IMG/VR virus record: IMGVR_UViG_3300042923_001793
Coordinates: 1-50,560 of that record
Reading direction: 5' to 3' (one strand)
From: a virus
Taxonomy: Duplodnaviria > Caudoviricetes
Length of the DNA stretch: 50,560 nucleotides
Under the pieces are notes generated by a model. The model saw nothing but the letters and a program-made list of their open reading frames with translations, was not told the DNA's origin and searched no databases. The translations under genes were made by a program, and so were the position numbers. How positions within the stretch are numbered: position 1 is the first letter of the stretch; the number at the start of each line of letters is the position of its first letter. This document shows, one piece after another, positions 1 through 9,266 of this stretch.

Positions 1-900
1 ATGAACTTTTTAAAATATAGATATTTTTGGATAGCAATATCACTTATTGTAATTATATCAGGTGTTGGTTATGGACTTGTTACTGGATTTAAATTTGATA
101 TAGATTTTATGGGTGGTACAAAAATACAAGCAGACTTAAAAGCTGAATTTGATAATAACGAAATAGAAAATATAGTTAATGATATTATAGGTACAAAACC
201 TTTAGTACAAAAAATGTCAAGTGGTCAATCCTCAGTTTCTATTACTACTGATGTAATTTCTGAAGAACAATCTACAAAGATTGTAGAAAGTTTAAAAGAA
301 AAATTTCCTAATATGGATGAGCCAACAACAAAAAATATACAACCATCTTTTGGTAAGAATTTAATTGATTCATCAATACTTGCAATAATAGTTTCAATGG
401 TATTTATACTACTATATGTAGCAATTAGATTTAGAACTTTAGGTTTTGTAGCAGCACTAACTGCTTTAGCAGCATTAGCACATGACGTTCTTGTAATAAT
501 TGCATTCTATGGAATTTTCAAATTACCTATAAATTCTACATTTGTAGCTGTGCTACTTACTATAATTGGTTACTCTATAAACGATACAATAATAGTTTAT
601 GATAGAATAAGAGAAAATAAAAGAAAGATTACTAAATCTACAGATTTAGCAGATACAATTAATACTAGTTTAAATCAAACAATGGCAAGAACAATTAACA
701 CAGCATTTACTGTACTATTATCAATAGTTGTAGTATTAGTATTTGCACAAATATATGACCAACAAGTATTGAAAGAATTTGCTCTTCCACTTACTATAGG
801 TTTACTTGCTGGATCATATTCATCAATATTTATAGCCTCATCACTATGGTATATGATTGATGGTATTAAATTAAAGAAGAATAAAGCTAAAGCAAAATAA
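1..900 (+). CDS. secF: Protein translocase subunit SecF (host)
   Basis: IDFMGGT and IIGYSINDTIIVYDRIRE motifs; six hydrophobic helices. Confidence 0.93.
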   Translation: MNFLKYRYFWIAISLIVIISGVGYGLVTGFKFDIDFMGGTKIQADLKAEFDNNEIENIVNDIIGTKPLVQKMSSGQSSVSITTDVISEEQSTKIVESLKEKFPNMDEPTTKNIQPSFGKNLIDSSILAIIVSMVFILLYVAIRFRTLGFVAALTALAALAHDVLVIIAFYGIFKLPINSTFVAVLLTIIGYSINDTIIVYDRIRENKRKITKSTDLADTINTSLNQTMARTINTAFTVLLSIVVVLVFAQIYDQQVLKEFALPLTIGLLAGSYSSIFIASSLWYMIDGIKLKKNKAKAK

Positions 901-925
901 AATATAATTTGATTTTAAAACTTTG

Positions 926-960
926 ATTAGGAAGTATAAATAAACTTCCTAATTTTTTTT
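926..960 (+). terminator. Intrinsic terminator of secF
   Basis: ATTAGGAAGT/ACTTCCTAAT stem followed by a T run. Confidence 0.8.
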
Positions 961-980
961 ATTAAATTTCGTAAATAATA

Positions 981-1008
981 TTGACATTTTAGAAAATAAT
1001 GATATAAT
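981..1008 (+). promoter_or_regulatory. Sigma-A promoter of tRNA-Leu
   Basis: TTGACA-16 bp-TATAAT with extended TG. Confidence 0.75.
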
Positions 1009-1020
1009 ATATATGTCGAT

Positions 1021-1109
1021 GGGATTGTGGCGGAACTGGCAGACGCACAGGACTTAAAATCCTGCGGGAGTTAAATCCCGTATCGGTTCGATTCCGATCA
1101 TTCCCACCA
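1021..1109 (+). tRNA. tRNA-Leu (TAA), host integration target
   Basis: Type II cloverleaf; anticodon loop CTTAAAA, GGTTCGATTCC T-arm, encoded CCA. Confidence 0.97.
1047..1109 (+). repeat. attL (3' part of tRNA-Leu)
   Basis: 61/63 identical to 47316-47378. Confidence 0.95.
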
Positions 1110-1210
1110 TTGAAAACACTGATACCAAGCAATTTGTGAATTTTGCTTGGTATCTTTTTTATTACCTTAAATATTCAAAATGTTCAAATTATTCAATGGT
1201 TTATTAAAAC

Positions 1211-1231
1211 ATTACCACAAAATTACCACAA
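1211..1231. promoter_or_regulatory. Putative integrase arm-type sites (ATTACCACA x2)
   Basis: The same tandem pair occurs at 47249-47271 next to attR. Confidence 0.65.
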
Positions 1232-1235
1232 GATA

Positions 1236-2381
1236 TTATTTATCAAATGCTTTTACTACTTTTTTTGTATTTTCATAAGACTTTTCAATATATATTTTAC
1301 TTGTTATATATGTATTAGAATGTCCAAGTAATGTAGATATAGCATTTAGGTCATTTGTTTGATTTAATAAATAAGTTGCATAACTATGTCGTAAACCGTG
1401 CAATGTTATTCTAGGAAATTTTATATGTTTATTTATATCAGTAATTCCATTTTTTATTTGATCTTTTTTATATATTCTATTTTCTCTATCTCTAAAATCT
1501 TTAAACCAATTAGTAATTCCGGTTGGAGTAAAAGGGAATAATCTATGCTCATTGATATATCTTTTGGTATAGTCTTTTAAAATATCAGATAATATGTTTG
1601 GAATATCAACTTTTCTAATTGAAGATTTGTTTTTTGGTTTACCTATAATTATTCCTTTTTCTTTTGTATATACCATTGCTTTATTTATATTTATTTGATT
1701 ATGTTTATAATCAATGTCTGTATCTAATAAAGGGCAACATTCTTCTCTCCTCATACCAGTAAACATAACTATATATATAAATATTTTTCTACTTTCTTCT
1801 TCTTTTTCAAGTGAATTAAATAATTCCATTAATTGTTGATAATTGTATATATTAGTTTCTACTTTATTTTCTCTACCTTTTGGTAATTTTACATTTTCAG
1901 CTGGATTAAATTGCAAATACTCTCTTTCAATAGCATAGTTAAACATAGTAACTAAACAATTTCTATATTTTTTAAGTGTTTGTTGGCTCAATTCACCACT
2001 AAAATTATCTAAAAAATTAATAACATCTATTCTTCTTATATTAGATATATCTTTATATCCAAAATATTTTTTTAATCTACCGTTTACTAGTCTTTTATAA
2101 AATTCAATTGTTAAAGGACTTAAATTTTTTTCAACATATTTTTCCATCCATTCATCCGAAAAATTATCAAATTCTAATTTTATCTGTTCTTCCTGTTTAT
2201 AATTATCTTCAACTTCAATTGTAAATCTATCTAATAATCGTTTAGCTTTATTTTTTTCATCATCTTCATCTTTATATTTTTCAATTTCTATTGTTTTGCT
2301 ATATCGTTTACCCTTATACATATATTGCAAATGCCATTTTTTTCCTCTTTTTTCAAAAGTTCCTGCCATAAAATTCACCAT
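1236..2381 (-). CDS. int: Tyrosine integrase
   Basis: TGMRREE, HGLRHSYAT, LGHS and catalytic Tyr; adjacent to attL. Confidence 0.96.
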   Translation of the reverse strand: MVNFMAGTFEKRGKKWHLQYMYKGKRYSKTIEIEKYKDEDDEKNKAKRLLDRFTIEVEDNYKQEEQIKLEFDNFSDEWMEKYVEKNLSPLTIEFYKRLVNGRLKKYFGYKDISNIRRIDVINFLDNFSGELSQQTLKKYRNCLVTMFNYAIEREYLQFNPAENVKLPKGRENKVETNIYNYQQLMELFNSLEKEEESRKIFIYIVMFTGMRREECCPLLDTDIDYKHNQININKAMVYTKEKGIIIGKPKNKSSIRKVDIPNILSDILKDYTKRYINEHRLFPFTPTGITNWFKDFRDRENRIYKKDQIKNGITDINKHIKFPRITLHGLRHSYATYLLNQTNDLNAISTLLGHSNTYITSKIYIEKSYENTKKVVKAFDK

Positions 2382-2402
2382 TCTTTCAAATTAGGTCTGA
2401 TA

Positions 2403-2430
2403 AAAGCACTACTATAAATAGTGCTTAATA
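2403..2430. terminator. Hairpin/terminator between int and the immunity operon
   Basis: AAGCACTA/TAGTGCTT inverted repeat. Confidence 0.55.
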
Positions 2431-2446
2431 TTTTATCGTTTGTAAA

Positions 2447-2935
2447 TTATTTTGCTTGAAATAGTATTGATACAGTTCCAGATATACTTATTGTATCATT
2501 ATTCTCCAATTTTAAATTATTAAAGGTTTTTGTATAAAATTGATCATATCCTTCAATTCCAATTCCAAACATTTCATTAACTTTTAAATTATATGAACTT
2601 TTAACGCTAATGTTTCCATTACCACTTTGTGCTATTAAATCATACTTACCTAATTTAATATCTTTACCCGCTATATATTCTCCAGTAGATAATGTTATGG
2701 TTTCTCCTTTTGGATCTATAACAACATTATTTGTATTCTGCAAGTTGTTAGTTTCTTTTACAGTATTATTTGGTAAAGTATTATCCATTCCACTTAAAAT
2801 TATTGCCATTACTAATACAAGACCTATACTTATACCAATTATATTTTTTAATTTATTGCTTTGTGGCTTTGTACAAGTTGGACATATTGTTGCTTTATCA
2901 TCAATTTCAGTTTGACAATATTTACATTTTTTCAT
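2447..2935 (-). CDS. Zinc-ribbon, single-TM exported protein (possible superinfection-exclusion moron)
   Basis: CxxC-CxxC N-terminus, one TM segment, located between int and the repressor. Confidence 0.6.
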   Translation of the reverse strand: MKKCKYCQTEIDDKATICPTCTKPQSNKLKNIIGISIGLVLVMAIILSGMDNTLPNNTVKETNNLQNTNNVVIDPKGETITLSTGEYIAGKDIKLGKYDLIAQSGNGNISVKSSYNLKVNEMFGIGIEGYDQFYTKTFNNLKLENNDTISISGTVSILFQAK

Positions 2936-2950
2936 AAATTCACTTCCTTT

Positions 2951-3223
2951 CTAAAAAATTCCTATTTCTTGTGATATTTCAAATTTAGTATTTGTATCTA
3001 AACAATTATTTAATTTAAACTTAATTTTTGAATGATGTAATTTACAATGATTAAGAATTTGTCGTTTTAAGGCAGACTTTTCTAATTCAGTATCATTAAT
3101 ATTTATATTCAAAAATATAAAATAGTTATTTGCATTTTCAATATAAATGCTATTAATACTGTTAAGATATAAGTATTCAATTTTTATATTGTGCATTTTT
3201 GCAAAATAATATAATTCTTTCAT
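2951..3223 (-). CDS. Degenerate ImmA/IrrE-like protein lacking HExxH
   Basis: Next to the repressor; IFLN..KSALKRQILNHCKLH resembles IFIN..RFTLAHELGHxxLH. Confidence 0.5.
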   Translation of the reverse strand: MKELYYFAKMHNIKIEYLYLNSINSIYIENANNYFIFLNININDTELEKSALKRQILNHCKLHHSKIKFKLNNCLDTNTKFEISQEIGIF

Positions 3224-3312
3224 TTAAATCACCTAATTAGATTTTATCACATTCAATAAAATATTCAATATATTTCAAATAATTTTATAAATTTCGACAA
3301 AAGATGACAATT

Positions 3313-3714
3313 TTATTTTGCTCTTTTCTCCAACATTCGCTTTATCATCTGTTTTAAAAGCATTTCGTCCTCTCTCGAAATATCATAAAAAGTATCTTTT
3401 AACATAACAGAGTTTTTACTTCTATTATATATTTCATCAATTTTTTCTTCTTGTGTTTTTTCTGAACTATTTTCAATATGTCCACATATCATCATTAATT
3501 CTTCATAAGTAGTTATTCCATTTGAATGTTCAGCAATTCTCTTTAATATAGAAGGACTTGGAGGATTATTTAAATTCATACGAATAAACTTAGATATGTA
3601 TGTTCTATCTGTATTAGATACTTTAGAAAACTCAGTCTTCGTATCATAAGTTTTTACTATTTTTATTAATAATTCAGAAAATTTTTCTTTGTTAAACAAG
3701 TTTAACACCTCCAT
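3313..3714 (-). CDS. XRE-family HTH repressor (CI-like)
   Basis: TEFSKVSNTDRTYISKF..PSPSILKRIA HTH; divergent from the lytic genes. Confidence 0.8.
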   Translation of the reverse strand: MEVLNLFNKEKFSELLIKIVKTYDTKTEFSKVSNTDRTYISKFIRMNLNNPPSPSILKRIAEHSNGITTYEELMMICGHIENSSEKTQEEKIDEIYNRSKNSVMLKDTFYDISREDEMLLKQMIKRMLEKRAK

Positions 3715-3725
3715 TTACTTTTATT

Positions 3726-3967
3726 AGTATAACATAATTTGTGAGTAAAATCAACAAATTATCAAAAATAACACATAAAAAACATTAAAAAATGGTAATT
3801 AATTACAAAAAATACAAAAATGTCAACAAAATGACACTATTTTGTGAACTAAAACATCAAATTTGAACAAAATGAGAAAAAATTCACAAAAAGTATTGAC
3901 AAAAAAAATATTATGTTATAAACTATGTTTGTGAATAAAAACATCAAGTTGTGAATTGAAACAAAAA
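3726..3967. promoter_or_regulatory. Lysis/lysogeny switch: divergent promoters with repeated TTTGTGA-N-AAAACATCAA operators
   Basis: Leftward TTGATT-17-TATACT (3726-3754); rightward TTGACA-17-TAAACT (3896-3924); operator copies at 3738, 3841, 3928, 3949. Confidence 0.65.
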
Positions 3968-3986
3968 TACGAAAGAGGTGATTAGA

Positions 3987-4088
3987 ATGTTAAAAATAAT
4001 ATTAATAAGTGGATTGGTTATATTGATACTTTGTGCATCGATAGGAGCATCCATTTTTTTAATAGTTTCAGCTAAGGTTAGCGGATAA
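3987..4088 (+). CDS. 33-aa hydrophobic peptide (not in ORF track)
   Basis: GAAAGAGGTG RBS; MLKIILISGLVILILCASIGASIFLIVSAKVSG. Confidence 0.6.
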   Translation: MLKIILISGLVILILCASIGASIFLIVSAKVSG

Positions 4089-4116
4089 TTAAATTATATT
4101 TAATATTATAAAGGAG

Positions 4117-4383
4117 TTGATAAGAATGAATACAAGAATTGAAAGTTTATTTAAAACAAGTAAAAAGCAAAGATACATACTTATAATAAATCAATTAAAA
4201 AAATATCCTAATGGACTTACTGCAAGAGAGATAATGAAAAAACTATGGTTTAAAGAACGCAACTCAGTAGCACCTAGAATTACAGAACTAAAAGCAAAAG
4301 GTAAAGTTAAAGAAAATGGAACTAAATATGATAAAACAACACAAAGAAAAGTAACAGTTTACTGTTTAGAGAAAGGAGCATAA
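4117..4383 (+). CDS. Winged-HTH protein
   Basis: GLTAREI..RNSVAPRITELKAKGKV pattern. Confidence 0.65.
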   Translation: MIRMNTRIESLFKTSKKQRYILIINQLKKYPNGLTAREIMKKLWFKERNSVAPRITELKAKGKVKENGTKYDKTTQRKVTVYCLEKGA

Positions 4384-4388
4384 AAATT

Positions 4389-4616
4389 ATGGCGATACCA
4401 AAAGATTTAGAAGAACCTTTAATGAAAATTAACGAAGTAGCACAAATATTAGAAGTTAGTTGTAATACAGTTAGATATTCGTTAGCAGGAACAGTAATTC
4501 CGTTTATTCCAGTAGGAAAAAAAGGTAAAAGATTTGATCCACAAGTAATAAGAAATTATAAATCAAACAATACAAAATTTTATGGTGATAAAAGAAAGTT
4601 GAAAGGAGTGAGTTAA
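4389..4616 (+). CDS. Excisionase-like HTH protein
   Basis: LMKINEVAQILEVSCNTVR..IPFIPVG..RF. Confidence 0.7.
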   Translation: MAIPKDLEEPLMKINEVAQILEVSCNTVRYSLAGTVIPFIPVGKKGKRFDPQVIRNYKSNNTKFYGDKRKLKGVS

Positions 4617-4761
4617 ATTGAAAGATAGTGAAATACTTTTAAAATATAAAGCAGATTTAAAACATTTAGATAAATTAGGTAAAGAACTAGTACAAATTGC
4701 TACTGATAACTGTCACAAGATAGTCAGATTAACGAAAGCATTTTAAAAAGGAGATGATTAT

Positions 4762-5076
4762 ATGTTTAGATGTGAAACTTGTAAATCAGAAGTAGAAATA
4801 AAACCAGTATTAAAAGATGAATTTGACAATGAATTTGAAATTTGTAATAAATGTGGAGATGAAAACTGTTTTATTGAGACAAAAGAATGTAGTTATTGTC
4901 AAACTAAAATGATACCAGAAGAAAACAAATTTTGTGATAGTTGCAAAAAACATATACAAGAACATTTTAAAGAATTATTAAGAAAAAATTATAAAGCTGA
5001 AGAAATTAATTACATAGATGAATTTATAGAGGGTAGATATTTAAAAGATATTATAGGATATGGAGATGAAAACTAA
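4762..5076 (+). CDS. Cys-rich zinc-finger protein
   Basis: Four CxxC pairs; RBS. Confidence 0.6.
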   Translation: MFRCETCKSEVEIKPVLKDEFDNEFEICNKCGDENCFIETKECSYCQTKMIPEENKFCDSCKKHIQEHFKELLRKNYKAEEINYIDEFIEGRYLKDIIGYGDEN

Positions 5077-5450
5077 TGGTTAATAAAAATAATAAAAATT
5101 GTGTTTTAAAAACAAAACAACAAGTACATTCACTTAAGAGAGTTTTTAATGAAAATAGGAAAGATATAAATATTAATAATAAGAAAGATATGCAAATAGA
5201 ATTAAATAGAAAGTCAATTGAATTAAACAATGCACAATGTTTTACTTATAATATATGTGAATATTGTAAAGAAAAAAAAGATTTTAAAAATAAAAGCAAT
5301 ACACCTTGTGCTGATGCTTTTAAATTAATGAGAAGAATAACTAAAAATAAACAGTTACAATTAGAACTTATACCAAATTGGAATAAGAAATCTATTAAAG
5401 AAGAATCAAAGATAATTAAAAAATTTAGGAGGATTTTAGAAAATGTCTAA
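5076..5450 (+). CDS. Hypothetical phage protein
   Basis: Translationally coupled ORF. Confidence 0.55.
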   Translation: MVNKNNKNCVLKTKQQVHSLKRVFNENRKDININNKKDMQIELNRKSIELNNAQCFTYNICEYCKEKKDFKNKSNTPCADAFKLMRRITKNKQLQLELIPNWNKKSIKEESKIIKKFRRILENV

Positions 5451-6048
5451 TTTAGAATTTAACGAAGAAAAACACGAATATAAATTAGATGGTTTAATAA
5501 TTCCTTGTGTCAGTGATATTTTAGAACCTTTAAGCAAAGTAGAATATGAAACTGTATCAGAAAATGTTTTAGACAATGCAAAAAAGAAAGGTACAGAAGT
5601 GCATCAAGCAATAGAATTTTATAACAAATATAAATTTGCAAATATAAGAGATGAATATAAAGGTTATTTTGAAGCATATAAAAAATGGTTAGAAGAATTT
5701 GAGAGAGATTATGAAATAACAGAAATTGAAAGCGAAGTTAGAACGTATAACAAAACATTATGGTATAGTGGCACAGTAGATATGATAGTTTATGTAGTAG
5801 AAAAAAATACAGGAAAATGTTTCACATTTCTAATAGATACAAAAACAACAGCACAATTAAATATAAATTATGTATCAGTACAAACGAGTGGATATAAAAA
5901 AGCTTTAGAAAGCAATAACTATAAAATAGATAAATTATTTGTATTACATTTAAAAAAAGATGCAACACACAATTTTGTAGAATTAAAGGACAAATTCAAT
6001 ATATTTCTAGCATGTTTAACAATTAAAAATTATATAGAAATGAGGTGA
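5443..6048 (+). CDS. PD-(D/E)XK (Cas4-like) exonuclease
   Basis: GTEVH, E, GTVD, IDTKT, Q..Y motifs. Confidence 0.8.
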   Translation: MSNLEFNEEKHEYKLDGLIIPCVSDILEPLSKVEYETVSENVLDNAKKKGTEVHQAIEFYNKYKFANIRDEYKGYFEAYKKWLEEFERDYEITEIESEVRTYNKTLWYSGTVDMIVYVVEKNTGKCFTFLIDTKTTAQLNINYVSVQTSGYKKALESNNYKIDKLFVLHLKKDATHNFVELKDKFNIFLACLTIKNYIEMR

Positions 6049-6509
6049 AACAAATGAAAAAAGTTTATAAATTACCTTTAGAAACTATAAAAGAAGTTTA
6101 TAACAATAAAAATAATTATATATTTATTAAAAGTCATAAAGTTATGACAAAAGATGATAGATATTTAAACTTTATTGAACATGGTTTTGCTTGTAAAAAT
6201 TGTGGCTTAAAAGCCGAATATGTACAACTTGAATATAATTGTCAATATAAATGGCATTTAAATGTATACGGTACAAACAAAATAGGACAAGCAATTAGAC
6301 TTACGAAAGATCATATATATCCAAAATCAAAAGGTGGACTAGATGTAATAAATAATTATCAAGTATTATGTGAAACTTGTAATGGCAAAAAGAAAGATAA
6401 AGCACCAGTTAATTTAAGAATAGCACTAGAAAAAGGATATACAAATAAAACAGCAATTGTATATGCAATTAAAACTGGTAGAAAAAATGTATTAGTGGGG
6501 GTGAATTAA
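6045..6509 (+). CDS. HNH endonuclease
   Basis: CKNC, DHIYPKSKGG..NYQVLCETCNGKK. Confidence 0.85.
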   Translation: MKQMKKVYKLPLETIKEVYNNKNNYIFIKSHKVMTKDDRYLNFIEHGFACKNCGLKAEYVQLEYNCQYKWHLNVYGTNKIGQAIRLTKDHIYPKSKGGLDVINNYQVLCETCNGKKKDKAPVNLRIALEKGYTNKTAIVYAIKTGRKNVLVGVN

Positions 6510-6510
6510 A

Positions 6511-6708
6511 ATGAAAATTAAATACGAATCTAAATTTAGAAGTAAATTAATTAGTTTACTGTATTTTGTATCATCCATTGTAGCAATTACTATATATTAT
6601 TATATTGGCAGAGATACTTATTTAACTGGTATGATTACTGCAATCGCTATTATACTTATAAGTGATTTACTTGAAAAATTAGAGAAAGATTTGAAAGGGG
6701 ATAAATAA
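6511..6708 (+). CDS. Small 2-TM membrane protein
   Basis: Hydrophobic segments; RBS. Confidence 0.55.
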   Translation: MKIKYESKFRSKLISLLYFVSSIVAITIYYYIGRDTYLTGMITAIAIILISDLLEKLEKDLKGDK

Positions 6709-6709
6709 A

Positions 6710-6922
6710 ATGTTCGTATATATAGTAATAGAAGATAATGGAGAATATTATGAAGATTATTCAGAATGGATAGATAAAGTATTTATCGATAAAAGCAAAG
6801 CAAAGAGATACGTTACAAAGATGAATAAAAAAGAAAAAGAAAGCAAAAGAACAGTATATGAAGAATCACATTCTTGGAAATTAGAAGAACATAAAATAGA
6901 AGATATTAAAGGAGAAAAATAA
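6710..6922 (+). CDS. Hypothetical phage protein
   Basis: RBS; coupled ORF. Confidence 0.55.
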   Translation: MFVYIVIEDNGEYYEDYSEWIDKVFIDKSKAKRYVTKMNKKEKESKRTVYEESHSWKLEEHKIEDIKGEK

Positions 6923-7590
6923 TGGAAGAAAATAAAGAGTTAGTTGAGATTAAACAAGAAAATAACAAAATAGTTGAAACTGCAAATGCAGTAATTATTT
7001 CTAATCAAGAACAGTTAGGACAAGCAACTGAATTTGCTAAAATTATTAAAGGACAAGGTAAAAAAGTTGAAGAATACTGGAAACCTTTAAAAGATAATGC
7101 TAGTAAAATTCATAAAGATTTATGCGCAAAAGAAAAAGAAAATTTAGAACCATTACAGGAAGCAGAATCAATATTAAAATCTAAAATTACTGTTTATGTT
7201 CAACAACAAGAAAAAGCTAAAAAAGAAGAAGAATTTAGAATTAAAAAAATGCAAGAAGAAGAAGCAATGAAACAACTTGAAAAGGCAGAAGAAGAAAGAA
7301 AAAATGGTAACGAAATAGAAGCATTAGTATTAGAAAATATTGCACAAAGTATTGATACATTACAGACTAATATAGCACCAACTGTTGAAAAAGTGCAAGG
7401 TTTAAGTTTTACTACTTCATATAAAATTAAAATAGTTGATGATAGCAAGGTTCCAGTAAGTATAAATGGAATGATTATTAGACCAGTAGATGAAAAAATA
7501 TTAGGTAAATTAGTACAAGCAAGTAAAGGCAGTATAAAGATAGATGGAATTGAAATTGAAATAGTTAAGACACCAGTTATAAGAAGTTAG
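6922..7590 (+). CDS. Coiled-coil protein of the recombination module
   Basis: Helical composition; lies between the exonuclease and RecT. Confidence 0.55.
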   Translation: MEENKELVEIKQENNKIVETANAVIISNQEQLGQATEFAKIIKGQGKKVEEYWKPLKDNASKIHKDLCAKEKENLEPLQEAESILKSKITVYVQQQEKAKKEEEFRIKKMQEEEAMKQLEKAEEERKNGNEIEALVLENIAQSIDTLQTNIAPTVEKVQGLSFTTSYKIKIVDDSKVPVSINGMIIRPVDEKILGKLVQASKGSIKIDGIEIEIVKTPVIRS

Positions 7591-7601
7591 GAGATGATTA
7601 A

Positions 7602-8351
7602 ATGGGAAAATATCAAATTGGAGATACAGTTAAAATAAGAACAGATTTAAAAGCAGGTAAAAGATATGGTAGTGATACTTTTACATTTAGTATGCTTGAA
7701 ATGTTAGGTAAAACAACAACTATAAAAAATATTTTGTATAATGGAAATTATGAAATAAAGGGAAATTCTTGGAGTTGGACTGATGAAATGTTTGAAAATG
7801 TAAACAATGAAATTAAATCAATACCAGACAGACTTGTTATAAAAACAGATTTTAACTATGAAGATATGTTAGAACAAATTAAATCAATACCAATTATGAG
7901 TTGGAGTGAACAACCAACAGTAAGTTTTATTAATAAGGGGGAAAATAAGATGAAGATATTAGATATTTATAGAGAAAATAAGGTAAAAGAAATTGTAAAA
8001 GAGTGTGATACTGCAATAGAGTTAGCAAAAAGTGAAGATGCAAATTCAAAAGAATTAGATAAAGCTTACAAAATATTTGAAAAAATAGGTAAAAATTTAG
8101 AAAAAGAATATGGCAAAAAAGACAAAGAATACTATATTAGTGTGTGTAAATATCATGAAATATTTACTAAAGAAACAGAAGATAAAATAAACGAGATAAG
8201 AGATTTAAAAAAATCAAAATTAGAGGTATTAGATAATTTAATTGAAGAAGTTAATGCAAGACTTGAATTATGCGATGATAAAGAAGAAAACAAAATTAAA
8301 GTTTTAAGAGACTATGAAATAATAGATGTAGATGGAAAGGTTAATAAGTAG
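7602..8351 (+). CDS. Hypothetical protein, apparent fusion with internal RBS+ATG at 7950
   Basis: KYQIGDTVKIR start typical of small phage genes; internal GGGGG-N-ATG. Confidence 0.55.
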   Translation: MGKYQIGDTVKIRTDLKAGKRYGSDTFTFSMLEMLGKTTTIKNILYNGNYEIKGNSWSWTDEMFENVNNEIKSIPDRLVIKTDFNYEDMLEQIKSIPIMSWSEQPTVSFINKGENKMKILDIYRENKVKEIVKECDTAIELAKSEDANSKELDKAYKIFEKIGKNLEKEYGKKDKEYYISVCKYHEIFTKETEDKINEIRDLKKSKLEVLDNLIEEVNARLELCDDKEENKIKVLRDYEIIDVDGKVNK

Positions 8352-9252
8352 GGAGAATGTTATGAATAGTAAAAATATTGCTAAATCATTGAGATTTAAA
8401 TTAGATGATTGGTGTAAAAATATAGATAGTATATTAATTCAACAAGTAATTGAAGAAAATGCAATAGTAACAGGTGGTGCAATAGTTAGTCTATTAAATG
8501 GTGAAAAACCAAACGATTATGATATTTATTTTAAAACTAAAGATTCAGCCTTAAAAGTAGCAAGATATTATGCTAATATTTGGAATGATACTCATAAAGA
8601 TAAATCAAAAGTAGAAATTAAAATTAATGAAGATACAGGAAGAATAGAAGCATTTATTCAAAGTAAAGGTATTGTAGCAGAAGATAATGAAAACGGAATA
8701 GATGATGATACAGAACCGGCTGAGCAAGACCCATTTACAGAAGAAACAGTAGAAGAAAAGAAAGTTATAAATCCTAAATATAGACCTAGATATTTTTCTA
8801 CTAATGCAATTTCATTGTCTGATGACATTCAACTGGTAATTAGATTTTATGGTGATGTAGAAGATATACACAAAAATTATGATTTTGTACATTGTACATG
8901 TAGTTATGATTACAAAAATAACAAAGTTAATTTACCTGCAAGAGCTTTAGAAGCTATTATAAATAAAGAATTATATTATATAGGTAGTAAATACCCTCTT
9001 TGCAGTATTATTAGAACTAGAAAATTTATAACCAGAGGTTGGACAATAAACGCAGGTCAATATTTAAAAATGGCATTACAATTAAACGAATTAGATTTAA
9101 AAGACTTTAATACATTTAAAGACCAATTAGCAGGAGTTGATAGTGCATATTTTAATCAAGCGTTAGATGCACTTATTGAAAAGAAAAATCAAGATGAAAA
9201 TTTTACAATAGATAATACTTATCTGTTTGAAATTATAAATAGAATATTTTAA
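8332..9252 (+). CDS. Nucleotidyltransferase-like protein (CCA-adding/poly(A) polymerase head motif)
   Basis: VTGGAIVSLLNGEKPNDYDIYF (GG..DxD) and YDFVHC. Confidence 0.7.
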   Translation: MERLISRENVMNSKNIAKSLRFKLDDWCKNIDSILIQQVIEENAIVTGGAIVSLLNGEKPNDYDIYFKTKDSALKVARYYANIWNDTHKDKSKVEIKINEDTGRIEAFIQSKGIVAEDNENGIDDDTEPAEQDPFTEETVEEKKVINPKYRPRYFSTNAISLSDDIQLVIRFYGDVEDIHKNYDFVHCTCSYDYKNNKVNLPARALEAIINKELYYIGSKYPLCSIIRTRKFITRGWTINAGQYLKMALQLNELDLKDFNTFKDQLAGVDSAYFNQALDALIEKKNQDENFTIDNTYLFEIINRIF

Positions 9253-9266
9253 AAGGGGGAATTAAT

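Noticed and set aside
1143-1331. 62-aa plus-strand ORF
   Set aside because: Overlaps the att arm sites and the integrase 3' end; no RBS.
5443-6048. CRISPR-Cas locus from the Cas4-like gene
   Set aside because: No repeat-spacer array or other cas genes; it sits in the RecT recombination module.
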